Virus record (IMG/VR): IMGVR_UViG_3300011338_000526
Direction: 5' to 3' (one strand)
DNA from: a virus
Taxonomy: Duplodnaviria; Heunggongvirae; Uroviricota; Caudoviricetes
Length of the DNA stretch: 64,000 nt
The notes under the pieces are model-generated. The model was not told the DNA's origin and made no database searches. It saw only the letters and a program-made list of their open reading frames with translations. The position numbers and the translations under genes were made by a program. Positions 44,417 to 54,445 of this stretch are shown piece after piece (within the stretch, counting starts at the first letter, position 1; the number at the start of each line of letters is the position of its first letter).

Positions 44417-46825
44417 TGCCACCATGTTGAACAGTCTAGAGTAACGCAAGGCTGCATCAGGCGGTTCAAGCTCGCCAGGATTGTTAGGATCTATTGCAGG
44501 TGCGCTGGGCGAGGAAGGCGAAGAAGGCGCAGCTGCGTTTTGCGTTGGCGTTGATGTGGCAGGAGGCGTTCTAGTAGCAGCTTCGTCCGCAGTTGAAGCT
44601 CTAGAAACAGCCGCTCCCGAAGAAGGAGTCGAAGGCATAGCAGCCGCGACAGGAGAAGAAGATGGACTTGCAGCTGCTGGCGCGGAACCAGATGCTGATA
44701 CAGGCGGCGTTGACACTTGCGTAGCAGCCGGAGCAGCGCCTCCGCCACCACCGCCTCCCGAAGCTGCTGCTGCGGGTTTTCCCATGTGTTCGTCAAGAGC
44801 TGGTTTAGCCCACTGAGGTATGCTCCCAGCTTTATAATCCGGACCCCATACGCGTTTTGATCCTGTATCGAAGTGCAAGAATCCTGGTCTATAGACGCCA
44901 ATTCCCCCTATACCCTTTTCAGAAGCCACCTTGATCAAGTTTATTGTATCTTGTTCGTTACCGGAAAACTGAACGTCAACAGCATCTCCGGTTAAGTGTT
45001 TAGAACCTTCAGCGCCGCCAGCTCTAGAGTTTCTACCCGCGTCTCTGAATCCGCTTGTGACTATCAGTTTTTTGCCGAACGCCGATTGAACGCTCTTCGT
45101 CTTTTCTGCCACGTCAGGTTTAATTCTTTGATCGACGCCGCCAGCAAAATCAAGTCCCGAAAGATTTGCTGCTCCTGACTGAGTAGCATCACCGCCGCTT
45201 GCAGGTTGATTACTTGTTGGCGCGGGAGAAGATCCGCCTGATGGAACGGCTGAAGGAGAGCTTCCCCCTCCGCCGCCCATTGGGGCGGGAAGGCTAGTTG
45301 CGGTTGCAGGCGTATCCGGAGAGTATTCAAACCTATCAGCCTTGAATACGATTTTCTTGGCTTTGATATGTAACAGGTTTTTGGTGTCAAATCCGGTAGC
45401 GTTAGGAGTTGAAATAGGCATTGCAGCTGAGGGCGTTCGGCTCCCGGAAGTTTGCGCGGCAGGAGTGGGGGCTGAATTTGCAGATCTTGTTGTTGGTGAT
45501 GCCCGCGTCGCCATCGGCGTCGCTCCGGCAGTTCTCGCGGGAGATGTTGATGTGGGGGTAGAAGGCGCGGGCGTCGCGGTAGGATTTCTTACTCGGTTGA
45601 CAAGACCCATTAATTCTTGAATATTTAAATCGCGCACTTTTTCTCGCGCCGTCGCTTCTGGCATTAAATCGTCAGCGGCTCTAGCTTCTTGCAAGAATTG
45701 CTGATACCTTGGATGGCTTTGTTCAGAGCTTGAACCCATCAATCTTGCAAGTTGCATAAACCGCAGATAAACCGCTCTATCAACTTCCGTGTTATCGATT
45801 TTAAATTTGCCATCGGCGTTAGAATACTCAACGAGAAGATTTCCGGCAGCTCCTCTGTATTGGAATTTACCGCTTCCTTCTGCCATTAATTCTGCATCCG
45901 CGTCGGAGCCAGCGTTTGGAGCTCTACCGCTCGGCGTCGCGTTTCCGCCGCCAGCTGCCAAAATTGCTGCGCCGCCAGCGACCGTTACTCCCGCACCAAT
46001 CATTTTGTTTCTATTAGATACAGTTGGCGGCGCAGCTGCTGGAGGCGGCGACGAAGCGGGAGTCGGTCTTGGGGGTATTGCTGGCGGCGGCGTAGTTCTT
46101 GGCGCGGCAGTTGTTACCGGCGGAGTTGTCGTCGCTGACGGTGTGTTCGCGGGCGGTCTATTGTTGCTTGCGTTATTAACTTGTTGATTACCAGCGGATT
46201 GATTCCCGGTTCCTGGCGCTGGGGTCGGTTGAGCGGGCGACGGTCTGTTGCTAGAACTCGCGGATCCAAGTATTTGTCGTAATATTAAATTTGATCGATT
46301 GCCGCTTTCGACGATACTATCAAGCAAATCGGAAGAGTGTTCAATTTCTTTTGAATAACCGAGGATAGAAGCGTTTGTTTCCGCCGCCGCTTTAGACTGG
46401 CTCTCGAATTTGTTCTTGACAAATCCCATAAACTTCCCGATGTTGGGGAATATCTTATTGAACGCGGCAGTCCCGAGATCGAGCGATCCCTCGCCAGCTT
46501 TCTTTGTAGCGGATTTGAACGTCACATTTTCAGATGAATCGATATCGGGTTTGACTTTAGAGACAGCGTCGTTACCATCAACAACGAGCATAGAGTCACC
46601 CTTGTCAATCTTATTCTTCGAGGGCAGCTTCTTTTTAGGCTTGTTGCCAAGCTCTGTGATGTTTTTCAGATACTCTTTCACGTTATCGGGAGTGAGATTC
46701 ATACCTTGTAGCGTATCCATACCAACCTGTTTGATATACTGCTCGACATCGTCGTCAGTGACCTCTCCGGTCTTCATTATGCGCTTTTGCATAGCTGCGC
46801 TGGGAATTTTGCTTTTCATTGCCAT
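44414..46825 (-). CDS. large virion-associated protein with peptidase M15 (zinc D-Ala-D-Ala carboxypeptidase-like) domain and P/A/T-rich linkers
   Basis: SKHLTGDAVDV ... GFLHFD (H-x6-D ... H-x-D zinc ligands of M15). Long low-complexity regions. Confidence 0.6.
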   Translation of the reverse strand: MAMKSKIPSAAMQKRIMKTGEVTDDDVEQYIKQVGMDTLQGMNLTPDNVKEYLKNITELGNKPKKKLPSKNKIDKGDSMLVVDGNDAVSKVKPDIDSSENVTFKSATKKAGEGSLDLGTAAFNKIFPNIGKFMGFVKNKFESQSKAAAETNASILGYSKEIEHSSDLLDSIVESGNRSNLILRQILGSASSSNRPSPAQPTPAPGTGNQSAGNQQVNNASNNRPPANTPSATTTPPVTTAAPRTTPPPAIPPRPTPASSPPPAAAPPTVSNRNKMIGAGVTVAGGAAILAAGGGNATPSGRAPNAGSDADAELMAEGSGKFQYRGAAGNLLVEYSNADGKFKIDNTEVDRAVYLRFMQLARLMGSSSEQSHPRYQQFLQEARAADDLMPEATAREKVRDLNIQELMGLVNRVRNPTATPAPSTPTSTSPARTAGATPMATRASPTTRSANSAPTPAAQTSGSRTPSAAMPISTPNATGFDTKNLLHIKAKKIVFKADRFEYSPDTPATATSLPAPMGGGGGSSPSAVPSGGSSPAPTSNQPASGGDATQSGAANLSGLDFAGGVDQRIKPDVAEKTKSVQSAFGKKLIVTSGFRDAGRNSRAGGAEGSKHLTGDAVDVQFSGNEQDTINLIKVASEKGIGGIGVYRPGFLHFDTGSKRVWGPDYKAGSIPQWAKPALDEHMGKPAAAASGGGGGGGAAPAATQVSTPPVSASGSAPAAASPSSSPVAAAMPSTPSSGAAVSRASTADEAATRTPPATSTPTQNAAAPSSPSSPSAPAIDPNNPGELEPPDAALRYSRLFNMVA

Positions 46826-46827
46826 GT

Positions 46828-49314
46828 TTATGAAGCCCGAGCTAATTGATCGAATGTTGAAAGAAGTCTAGTTGTTAGAGCGACATCACCGCCGCTTCCG
46901 CCAGGCGTCGAAGTTTGACGCGTTTGAGGCGCAGCAGGTTGCTGACTTCGTTGCGCGACTTGTTGTTGATTAAACTCAGCTGCCATTCTTTGAGTGTTTG
47001 AAGTCTGTTCTCTATCAGCCGAGACTCTAGCTGTCGACGCTTCGGCGAGCGTAGCACCAGCCGCTGGCGCGGTCGGCGCAGAAGCAGCAGCGGTTGCTGC
47101 GTTCGTCGGACCGCTTATGCGGACTGTTTGCCCGGCTCTAAATCCTTCAACTCTTTCCATAGACGCTAGCATTGTTGTTCTTTGCTGAGCGTTTAAAGAA
47201 GCGAGAGGGGTGCTTGGGCTCACGCCGAGGGCGGCTGACACGGTTTGAATATAGTTTGCCGTGTTGTTTTCCGAGGGAGGCGCGTATCTAGCAATCGCTT
47301 GTTCTATAGACAGACCGGCGTAACCTCTACCTTCGAACAAGAGTGCCTCTTTGGCTCTTCTACCGTCTTCATACGTCGGAAAGATAGCGAATCTAGGATC
47401 GCCAGCTATGGCTCCGTAGCGACGAGCAAAATCTCCGAACTCAATATTACCTGGATTGTTATTGCGCCAGTTTCTCGCTCCCGATCTTCTTTCTTTTGTC
47501 CCATCCGCCAATTCAACAACATTGAAACCAGGTCCAATTTCGGCGACTCTTGCTATAGATCCAGGAGCAGCGCCCTGTCCCGGCGTTCCTGTAGATCCAG
47601 CGGTCGCGGACCTTTGAGGAGTTGCGCCCGAAGTGCCGCCAAGCGAATCTCCGCCAACACGCATAGCAGTAGTACCAGCTGCAGCCGACATTACACCAGC
47701 GCCGGAACCAGGCGTCAAATTGATCCCGCTAAGAGAATCTCCGCCAACACGCATAGCAGTAGTACCAGCTGCAGCCGACATTACACCAGCGCCGGATCCA
47801 GCTGCGCCCGCGTGTATATGAGCGGAATTCCCAGTTGACATGGGTTGTATGCTGGACGAAATACTTGGCTGACTCACGAGCGTTGATGGTTGTTGACCAT
47901 CAAACTCGATTACTTCAGCTTCGTATATAATCTGATCGAAATCGTATACTAAACTGCTACCTTCAACTCTTATCGGAGAATCCTCTACGTTTTGCGCGGA
48001 GGTCGATTCTGTAGGATAGGGATGAACATGGTCGTCCATTACCTTAGGACCGGTAGAAACTTTCTCAGCCGTAGAAGGTTTTGGGGCAGTTACAGTAACT
48101 TCAATCTCGCCCGAAGGTTCTGATTCGCCTTCTCCAACCGGCATTGGAGGAACATCGACAGGAACTGGGACTTCCGCTGGCGTTGCCGGCGCAGCTGGGG
48201 TTGCTGGTGCTGGCGACATTACAGGAGCTGTCGGTGTTGCTGCAGGCAGAGCTGTTGGCGCGACTAACGGCGGCGCTGTTGGCGTAGCTGGTCCCTCCGT
48301 TGGCGCAGCTGGCGCAGGCGGCGTGACTGGCGCGCTAATTCTAGATGCATCAGCGACGGAAACAGGATTTCTTGCATTGTACGCAGTTAATTCGTTGCGT
48401 ACGTTTTCGACTGCGTTTCTGTTTCGCGGAGTATTTGATCTCTGCAGTCTTTGTTCAGCCTGCGCGAGCCTCTGCATTATATCCTGACGTCTGGGATCTT
48501 CAAGATTTTCCGAAAGACCAGCCTGTTCTCTCAGCTGCGCCGACTGTTGCGCTTGAGCGGCTTGCACCGGTTGTTCAGCCGCAGTCAGATTCTGAGTTTC
48601 GCCCATCTGGCTGACGTCGCCAAGGTTTTCCCTGGCAGCTTCTTGTTGACGAGCAGCTGTTGTATCGTCTTCCGGGAGAGGATCGCCTTCGCCCGCAGTC
48701 TCTTGCTCATCTTCGGATAGATTATTAAACTCGTTCCAAAGCTGATACAACAGCATCGCATCGGACCCGAACATAGCTGCAGCTACCAACCAACCTGCTA
48801 TCGGAACTGTAGCTAAAAATGCACTCGCTACTAGCTTAGTGGCGACCCTGGCGTAAAGTCTATTGGCTCTCCTTTTAACGAAGTCTACGAACCGACTCCA
48901 TTTAGATGATCTAGCCGATCTTTGTTGATTTGGGCGAGGTCTGTTTCTTCTATCTAAATCAATGTCGCCAAGGTCCGGGAATCCGCCGACCGCTGCTGCT
49001 GACCCAGCCTGACTGCCTTTATAAACGACAAGTAGTTGTTCTAGTAACCTGTTGAGCTCAGTCTGGTTGTCGTATATGGCGCTGAGTTTTTCATTACTCA
49101 GCTGCAACTCCGCATGAACGGACGAATTGATTATTCTAGAATCTGTATCTAACCTATCTCGCTCAGGCTTTGAACCGCCGAGCTTGTTCATGAATCTCCC
49201 GAGAGCAGGAAACATCTTATTGAACGCAGCTGTTCCCAGATTCGACGATTGCCGAAAAGCGTTTCTCGCTGCGCCTGGTTCTCTACGATTAGCAGATGGT
49301 AACGGTCTGTCCAT
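46828..49314 (-). CDS. large virion protein (tape-measure/ejection-protein-like) with internal 96-bp tandem repeat
   Basis: 828 aa, P/A/T-rich. Motif RNNNPGNIEFGD. Exact 62-nt repeat at 47645 and 47741. Confidence 0.55.
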   Translation of the reverse strand: MDRPLPSANRREPGAARNAFRQSSNLGTAAFNKMFPALGRFMNKLGGSKPERDRLDTDSRIINSSVHAELQLSNEKLSAIYDNQTELNRLLEQLLVVYKGSQAGSAAAVGGFPDLGDIDLDRRNRPRPNQQRSARSSKWSRFVDFVKRRANRLYARVATKLVASAFLATVPIAGWLVAAAMFGSDAMLLYQLWNEFNNLSEDEQETAGEGDPLPEDDTTAARQQEAARENLGDVSQMGETQNLTAAEQPVQAAQAQQSAQLREQAGLSENLEDPRRQDIMQRLAQAEQRLQRSNTPRNRNAVENVRNELTAYNARNPVSVADASRISAPVTPPAPAAPTEGPATPTAPPLVAPTALPAATPTAPVMSPAPATPAAPATPAEVPVPVDVPPMPVGEGESEPSGEIEVTVTAPKPSTAEKVSTGPKVMDDHVHPYPTESTSAQNVEDSPIRVEGSSLVYDFDQIIYEAEVIEFDGQQPSTLVSQPSISSSIQPMSTGNSAHIHAGAAGSGAGVMSAAAGTTAMRVGGDSLSGINLTPGSGAGVMSAAAGTTAMRVGGDSLGGTSGATPQRSATAGSTGTPGQGAAPGSIARVAEIGPGFNVVELADGTKERRSGARNWRNNNPGNIEFGDFARRYGAIAGDPRFAIFPTYEDGRRAKEALLFEGRGYAGLSIEQAIARYAPPSENNTANYIQTVSAALGVSPSTPLASLNAQQRTTMLASMERVEGFRAGQTVRISGPTNAATAAASAPTAPAAGATLAEASTARVSADREQTSNTQRMAAEFNQQQVAQRSQQPAAPQTRQTSTPGGSGGDVALTTRLLSTFDQLARAS

Positions 49315-49316
49315 TA

Positions 49317-49625
49317 TTACCTCCCGGCGATTTTTTCTTGTCCGCGAGTGTAAGCAGTTACACCAAGGATAGCGCCGAACGCTACGTGAATCATTCCGCC
49401 GTTAGAAAGAGTTAGACTAGCCCATGGAGTATAAGCGATATTGATGCCTATAGTTGCGCAGACTGCAGGAGACAGTATCATCATCATTGGGAAGATAATG
49501 AAATCGAACGCGCACATGATCATGTATAGCCAACCCATTGACGGACGCCAATATGACTTGATCCAGTTTTCGTTTTGAATCCCAAGCTGATGCTTTGTGA
49601 TTTCCGAGTCGACTTCGCCAGACAA
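49317..49625 (-). CDS. membrane protein (possible holin-like)
   Basis: 102 aa with 3 hydrophobic helices. First gene after late promoter. Confidence 0.45.
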   Translation of the reverse strand: MSGEVDSEITKHQLGIQNENWIKSYWRPSMGWLYMIMCAFDFIIFPMMMILSPAVCATIGINIAYTPWASLTLSNGGMIHVAFGAILGVTAYTRGQEKIAGR

Positions 49626-49664
49626 TTTCGCTTCCTCTGCTCTAGGCGTTAATTATTGCAGGCT

Positions 49665-49672
49665 GCAATCAA
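49665..49672 (-). promoter_or_regulatory. T4-type late promoter TATAAATA (reverse strand)
   Basis: Reverse complement of tatttata is tataaata. Confidence 0.4.
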
Positions 49673-49674
49673 CG

Positions 49675-49708
49675 TATTTATAATAAAAAAGGAAGATCAA
49701 CGTTGGCG
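49675..49708 (-). terminator. rho-independent terminator (reverse strand)
   Basis: ggaagatca-N10-tgatcttcc, with T-run in reverse orientation. Confidence 0.55.
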
Positions 49709-49860
49709 CTGATCTTCCAATTCCTTCAGGTAGTTCAAGAGAAGCTCAACGAAAAGATCTCTCTCGAAGGGGATTAAGTTTTCTACATCGGTGACCGAAT
49801 ACTTGTGATGTTGAACCAATGAGAACATCGAAAGATAATAGTTCTCTAGCGTGTTATGGC

Positions 49861-50574
49861 TCAAACCAACGTAAAAAAATCAGCGAGCGAAGTTAGCTCA
49901 ATCACCCTATCATTACCATTCTTGTTTTTGTATTCTAACTTATGTAGTATCTTGGGTACGTTAGTCATGAATTGTTGAATCTTTTCGAAGACATCAACGC
50001 CAAAGTCATCCAGGAATGCCTCAATTTCTTCCTTAGTGTAATCGGAAGGATCGTATATATCTTCTCCATCGTAGATCTTATCAATACAACGGATGATGAG
50101 TTCGTAGAAAACGTCATCTCCTGCAGCCATGAAAGTTTCATCGTTGAAAATGGATGCGGAAGGATACCGCATCTGAATTCCCATCTCGTTTGTGATCTTG
50201 ATGACCTTTTCAATCTTTTCCGGGAACTGAACCTTTACGTCCTTTAGATCGATCTGAAATTCGTAGATTTCTTGATCCTCATTGTCTCTGTAAGACAACT
50301 TGACGATGTTGTTCACCGAGATTGACCTCAGTTGAATAAACAAATACTCAATATCGAATATGGCTAGACGGTCTACATCAAGAGAGTCGTTCAAGGCGCA
50401 GTTGTTAACAACCTGCTTGACAGCTCTCAGAACGTCGGCTGAGTCTTCCGAACTCTTTGCCATAAGAAGGATCTTTTCTTCCTTGACTAGGAAAGGTCTG
50501 AAAGGTTCCTTCTTTCCTGTTGAGGGAACAACGAATTCAAAGATTGGGTGTTTGATCTTTGGTAGCGAAGGCAT
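49861..50574 (-). CDS. hypothetical structural protein
   Basis: 237-aa ORF in structural block. Confidence 0.45.
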   Translation of the reverse strand: MPSLPKIKHPIFEFVVPSTGKKEPFRPFLVKEEKILLMAKSSEDSADVLRAVKQVVNNCALNDSLDVDRLAIFDIEYLFIQLRSISVNNIVKLSYRDNEDQEIYEFQIDLKDVKVQFPEKIEKVIKITNEMGIQMRYPSASIFNDETFMAAGDDVFYELIIRCIDKIYDGEDIYDPSDYTKEEIEAFLDDFGVDVFEKIQQFMTNVPKILHKLEYKNKNGNDRVIELTSLADFFTLV

Positions 50575-50602
50575 TATGTAACTCCATTATTTAAAATTGA
50601 TA

Positions 50603-51397
50603 TTAGCGACCTATAACTGTTTGATCCGGTTGTAAAGTCAATCCGCTTCCGCCAGGAGCAGATTGCCTTCCTAGTCTAGCGTTACTTGCGTCCCTCGATA
50701 TCTGAGGGTATTGAGGACCTCCGCCAGTCGAAGCTTCAGTCGAACTAGAATACTCTCGCGGTCTAGGCGATTCCGTTTGCTGAGGTATCACTTGCGCGGA
50801 GGTTGTAGGTCCAATTTGAGCCCCAGATTCGAACGCGCCAACGCCGTAACTTTCGAAGTACCATTCTTTGAACGAGAACCTGACCGAAAACTCGTACAGC
50901 TTGTTATTTTCGCTCCAAGATAATCCCACGTCACTCAGAGAAGTTGGGAAAGCTTCTTTCAACTTAATCAGGTTGACCAGGTTCCCGTTGTTATCGAAGA
51001 CGTAGATCTGAACTTCGGTTTCATAGTACTTCTTGTACTCAACTTTGTAACTGGCTTGACTTCCGCCGGTCGCTCCTGTGTAATCAAAGATACCGTTCAT
51101 CCAGACCGTAAAGTGCTTCCAAAGAGCATTTCTTTCGGTGTCTACAAACGTAATACTAATTTCGTTGAAGTTGACATTGGTCGGGAACTTTTGTTGAGGT
51201 CCGACGCCATACCTGAAAGTGTTCTGCATGTCGAAGTTGACGCCAGGAATCCTGACCGAGCTAGCTCTGTATTCGTAAATTCGGCTAATTTCAGTCGCAC
51301 CGAATATTGCGGGAGACTTAAGTCTAACCATGAACTTGTTAGTCTGGACAGTTCCGAATCTGTTGATATGAGATGAGAAGTTTGCTATGTTAAACAT
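50603..51397 (-). CDS. tail tube-like protein (T4 gp19-like N-terminus), tentative
   Basis: Start MFNIANFSS... by TAATG overlap. Beta-rich, with disordered C-terminus. Confidence 0.4.
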   Translation of the reverse strand: MFNIANFSSHINRFGTVQTNKFMVRLKSPAIFGATEISRIYEYRASSVRIPGVNFDMQNTFRYGVGPQQKFPTNVNFNEISITFVDTERNALWKHFTVWMNGIFDYTGATGGSQASYKVEYKKYYETEVQIYVFDNNGNLVNLIKLKEAFPTSLSDVGLSWSENNKLYEFSVRFSFKEWYFESYGVGAFESGAQIGPTTSAQVIPQQTESPRPREYSSSTEASTGGGPQYPQISRDASNARLGRQSAPGGSGLTLQPDQTVIGR

Positions 51398-51996
51398 TAG
51401 ATCATCTCTCTTGATTCGCGCCAGACTTTTTCTGCGGACGCTTTCCTGAATTTCTCTGTTGGTAGCATTAAGGCTGCATCCCAATTCTTCGGCTCAATAT
51501 TTAGGAAGTTGCTTTGGACATGATCAGAAAGGTAATGCTTCAGGCATGGTTTGAAGTAACGAAATCTAGAAGCTGAACTCAACACCTGATACGACACCTT
51601 GAGCTTCGTCGTGTCATTGTATTTGTTGTTGTTTAAGATTTGATAGAGCGAGTCCATCAGCTTTGCTCTCAATACAGGAGGCAAGTAGTGAAGGTTGATT
51701 CCCAGGAAGCCGCCCGCAGCTGGACCCACGACGAAGATCAGCGGGAACAAATCGTAGTATGGCAAAGTCTCTTTGTGCTTCGGATCATAGAAGAATGTAT
51801 ACATCTTGCCGATGGACTTCTCATCAATCGTGTTTACGACATTCTCTTTGTCGTTTAACATTCTGTTGCGATTGACTGATGTAACATCCTGAGCGGCATT
51901 TCTGAACCAAGTGCGCGCATCCCTCTGCCGAACTGAATCATCAATTCCTTCGGCTTTTCCTCTTTGCGATAACTGCTGAAAAATATATGATGCCAT
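51397..51996 (-). CDS. hypothetical protein
   Basis: Start MASYIFQQ by overlap with upstream stop. Confidence 0.45.
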   Translation of the reverse strand: MASYIFQQLSQRGKAEGIDDSVRQRDARTWFRNAAQDVTSVNRNRMLNDKENVVNTIDEKSIGKMYTFFYDPKHKETLPYYDLFPLIFVVGPAAGGFLGINLHYLPPVLRAKLMDSLYQILNNNKYNDTTKLKVSYQVLSSASRFRYFKPCLKHYLSDHVQSNFLNIEPKNWDAALMLPTEKFRKASAEKVWRESREMI

Positions 51997-52469
51997 TACC
52001 CGTAGATGTCTTTCTCTGTCATGATGACAAACTTCCAACCTTTGTCTTTGCAGTATTCTTCAGCCGCAGCCCACTTTGCGCTGTTCGTTCCCCAGGTGAA
52101 TACTTCGTTCAGGTATCTCTTGTTGACCTTTGATTGCTTCTTGGGCTCTTTGGTTTGCGCTAGGGGTTTGACTTCAATCAGTAGCGTCTCATTCAAGCCT
52201 TGTTTGTTCCTTGTATTTATAAGAAAATCCGGAAAGTATCTGTGAACCTTACCATCAATCGGGGAACGATATGGTATGATTGTCTCTTCCGACTTCCACC
52301 AAATAACATCGGCGCGTTCATCGAAGTAAGACATCAGGCGCAGTTCCCAACTAGAACGATACACAATGTTGGTGGGGTCGCCCTTATACTTTTGTGGATT
52401 GCGCGGTTTGAAATAACCCTGATAGTACTTTGCCATCTTCTCACCGTCATTATAAATAGAATGAACCAC
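51996..52469 (-). CDS. PD-(D/E)XK nuclease-like protein
   Basis: PDFLI...LIEVK motif. Confidence 0.45.
   Translation of the reverse strand: MVHSIYNDGEKMAKYYQGYFKPRNPQKYKGDPTNIVYRSSWELRLMSYFDERADVIWWKSEETIIPYRSPIDGKVHRYFPDFLINTRNKQGLNETLLIEVKPLAQTKEPKKQSKVNKRYLNEVFTWGTNSAKWAAAEEYCKDKGWKFVIMTEKDIYG
52451..52458 (+). promoter_or_regulatory. T4-type late promoter TATAAATA
   Basis: 32 nt upstream of ATG 52490. Divergent from reverse-strand gene. Confidence 0.4.
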
Positions 52470-52489
52470 TATTTATAAAGAGGAAGAGT

Positions 52490-53563
52490 ATGGCGGCGAA
52501 TAATTTAGCAACGGCTGTAGGGAGAGGTATCGGACAGGCGGGCAATTTTATTGCCGGCGCAGCTACGCCAGCGCGCCTCGGAATACTTGCTGCTGGCGCC
52601 GCAGCTTTCACTGTAGTGGATGCCGGAATTCTATACAGTCGACGTTCGACCATGGCTGGAGCGTATCAAAATCAGCTTATGTTCCCATCCGATCTCGTGC
52701 AGCCGAACATTAGAAACTTTTACATGTCGTTCAATTTTCAAATGTATGAAAAGAGAAGTATCGCCAACAGCCCGTTCTTGCGGTCCCAAGGAACGGTTCG
52801 TTTACCCGTTCCTAAAAATATTAGAGACAACTCGTCCGTATCATACGGCACACCTACTCTGAGTCCTGTGGTTGGTGGCGTATTAGAGGGAATTGTCGGT
52901 AGTAGCCCCACGGGTAGTGGCTTCCTAGGCGGGTTGGGTACAATAGTTGATCGCGCTGGCGGAGCTTTGGCGGCTGGCGCCTCTGGCGCTGCGGTCATGG
53001 CAGCTCAGGCTGCAGACGCTGGAACGGGTATTTTACCTGCAGTATCAGCTTACACGGGATTGGCTGTAAATCCGTACCAGACAGTGTTGTTTGAAAAACC
53101 AGAATTCAAAACTCATGACTTTTCTTGGGAACTTATGCCTCGAGATGAAAATGAATCGAGAATCGTCAGAGACATTATAAGAACATTTCAATTCCATATG
53201 TCTCCGGGCGTGAGCGATGGCGCTGGTTTATTTTTCTCTTTCCCGAGCATGGTGATAGTAAGTTTGTTCCCGAGCAGCGAATTCCTCTACAGATTCAAAC
53301 CTTGCGTTATTACGTCGTTCAGCGTCAACTACGCATCGGGGTCGTCGCCGTCCTTTTTTAAGAGAACCAACGCACCAGCTTCGGTAACTATCAGCTTAAA
53401 TCTAAAAGAAATCGAATACTGGACGAACAAAGACTACGATCCAAACAACCCAACCAATGTATTCGATGACGATGCCGCATTGGCCACGAACGCAGCAAGA
53501 GTAACGCGGAATCAGGCAGCTGCCAGAAGAACGAACGAATCCAGTTTTCCGGGACAAGATTAA
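52490..53563 (+). CDS. baseplate/tail structural protein
   Basis: 357 aa, G/A-rich. First gene of baseplate operon. Confidence 0.45.
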   Translation: MAANNLATAVGRGIGQAGNFIAGAATPARLGILAAGAAAFTVVDAGILYSRRSTMAGAYQNQLMFPSDLVQPNIRNFYMSFNFQMYEKRSIANSPFLRSQGTVRLPVPKNIRDNSSVSYGTPTLSPVVGGVLEGIVGSSPTGSGFLGGLGTIVDRAGGALAAGASGAAVMAAQAADAGTGILPAVSAYTGLAVNPYQTVLFEKPEFKTHDFSWELMPRDENESRIVRDIIRTFQFHMSPGVSDGAGLFFSFPSMVIVSLFPSSEFLYRFKPCVITSFSVNYASGSSPSFFKRTNAPASVTISLNLKEIEYWTNKDYDPNNPTNVFDDDAALATNAARVTRNQAAARRTNESSFPGQD

Positions 53564-53566
53564 AAA

Positions 53567-54442
53567 ATGGCTGAAAAGTACTTCGATAAGTTTCAAATCA
53601 TCAGCTACGCGAACACAATTGCGCGCAACATCACTCAGCGTGCCGTTGTGTTGAACTCTGTCTACAACAGCCCAATCTTTTACTACGCGTACGACATTCA
53701 ACAGGGCGAGCGCGCAGACAACATCTCTGATCGCTACTACAAAGATGAATACATGGACTGGATCCTTCGTCTGACAAATAAGGTTGTTGATCCGTATTAC
53801 GATTGGTATCTTGACGAGACGACATTCAAGGACTTCCTTGTAAAAAAGTACGGATCGTATTCGTCTGCCATGTCTAAGGTTAAGTATTACAGAAACAATT
53901 GGTATACAAGCCCGGATCTTATCACGCAATCGCAATATGATTCGCTCGTTGACAGCCTCAAGAAGTTCTTTGAAGCAGTATACTCCGATGTCTACTACTC
54001 AACGACTCCGCTGGGCTACAGAAGAAAACAGATTGATTGGAAAAAGACGACCAATAACATCGTCAGATACAATTGCAACGGCGCAAACTTTACCGCTGAC
54101 GAGATCATCGATGTATACAGAAACAATGAGAAGCTCGGCGGCGGGCAAGTGTGCAGCAAGAGCAATACATCGTTGACTATTCAACACACATCGGGCGTCG
54201 TGACTGATGACACGGGGGCGTTTACGTTTACCGTCAGAGGCAGAGAGTCTTCGGCGAATCAAGTATACACAAACGCCACTCTAGTTATCAGCAACATACC
54301 GGCGACGGAGATTAACTACTGGGAACCTGTATACTTGTATGATTATGAGAACGAAATCAATGAAAACAACAAGTCAATCCAGGTCTTGAAGAGCGAGTAC
54401 TCCGGTCAGATAGCGACTGAATTAAAAAGATTGATGAGATAA
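53567..54442 (+). CDS. baseplate/tail structural protein
   Basis: 291-aa ORF. Confidence 0.45.
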   Translation: MAEKYFDKFQIISYANTIARNITQRAVVLNSVYNSPIFYYAYDIQQGERADNISDRYYKDEYMDWILRLTNKVVDPYYDWYLDETTFKDFLVKKYGSYSSAMSKVKYYRNNWYTSPDLITQSQYDSLVDSLKKFFEAVYSDVYYSTTPLGYRRKQIDWKKTTNNIVRYNCNGANFTADEIIDVYRNNEKLGGGQVCSKSNTSLTIQHTSGVVTDDTGAFTFTVRGRESSANQVYTNATLVISNIPATEINYWEPVYLYDYENEINENNKSIQVLKSEYSGQIATELKRLMR

Positions 54443-54445
54443 TGT

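Noticed and set aside
44481-46187. Forward-strand ORFs antisense to the 803-aa virion gene (44481..44816, 45342..45620, 45789..46187)
   Set aside because: GC-rich and repetitive; the long reverse-strand virion gene (44414..46825) has the recognisable M15 domain.
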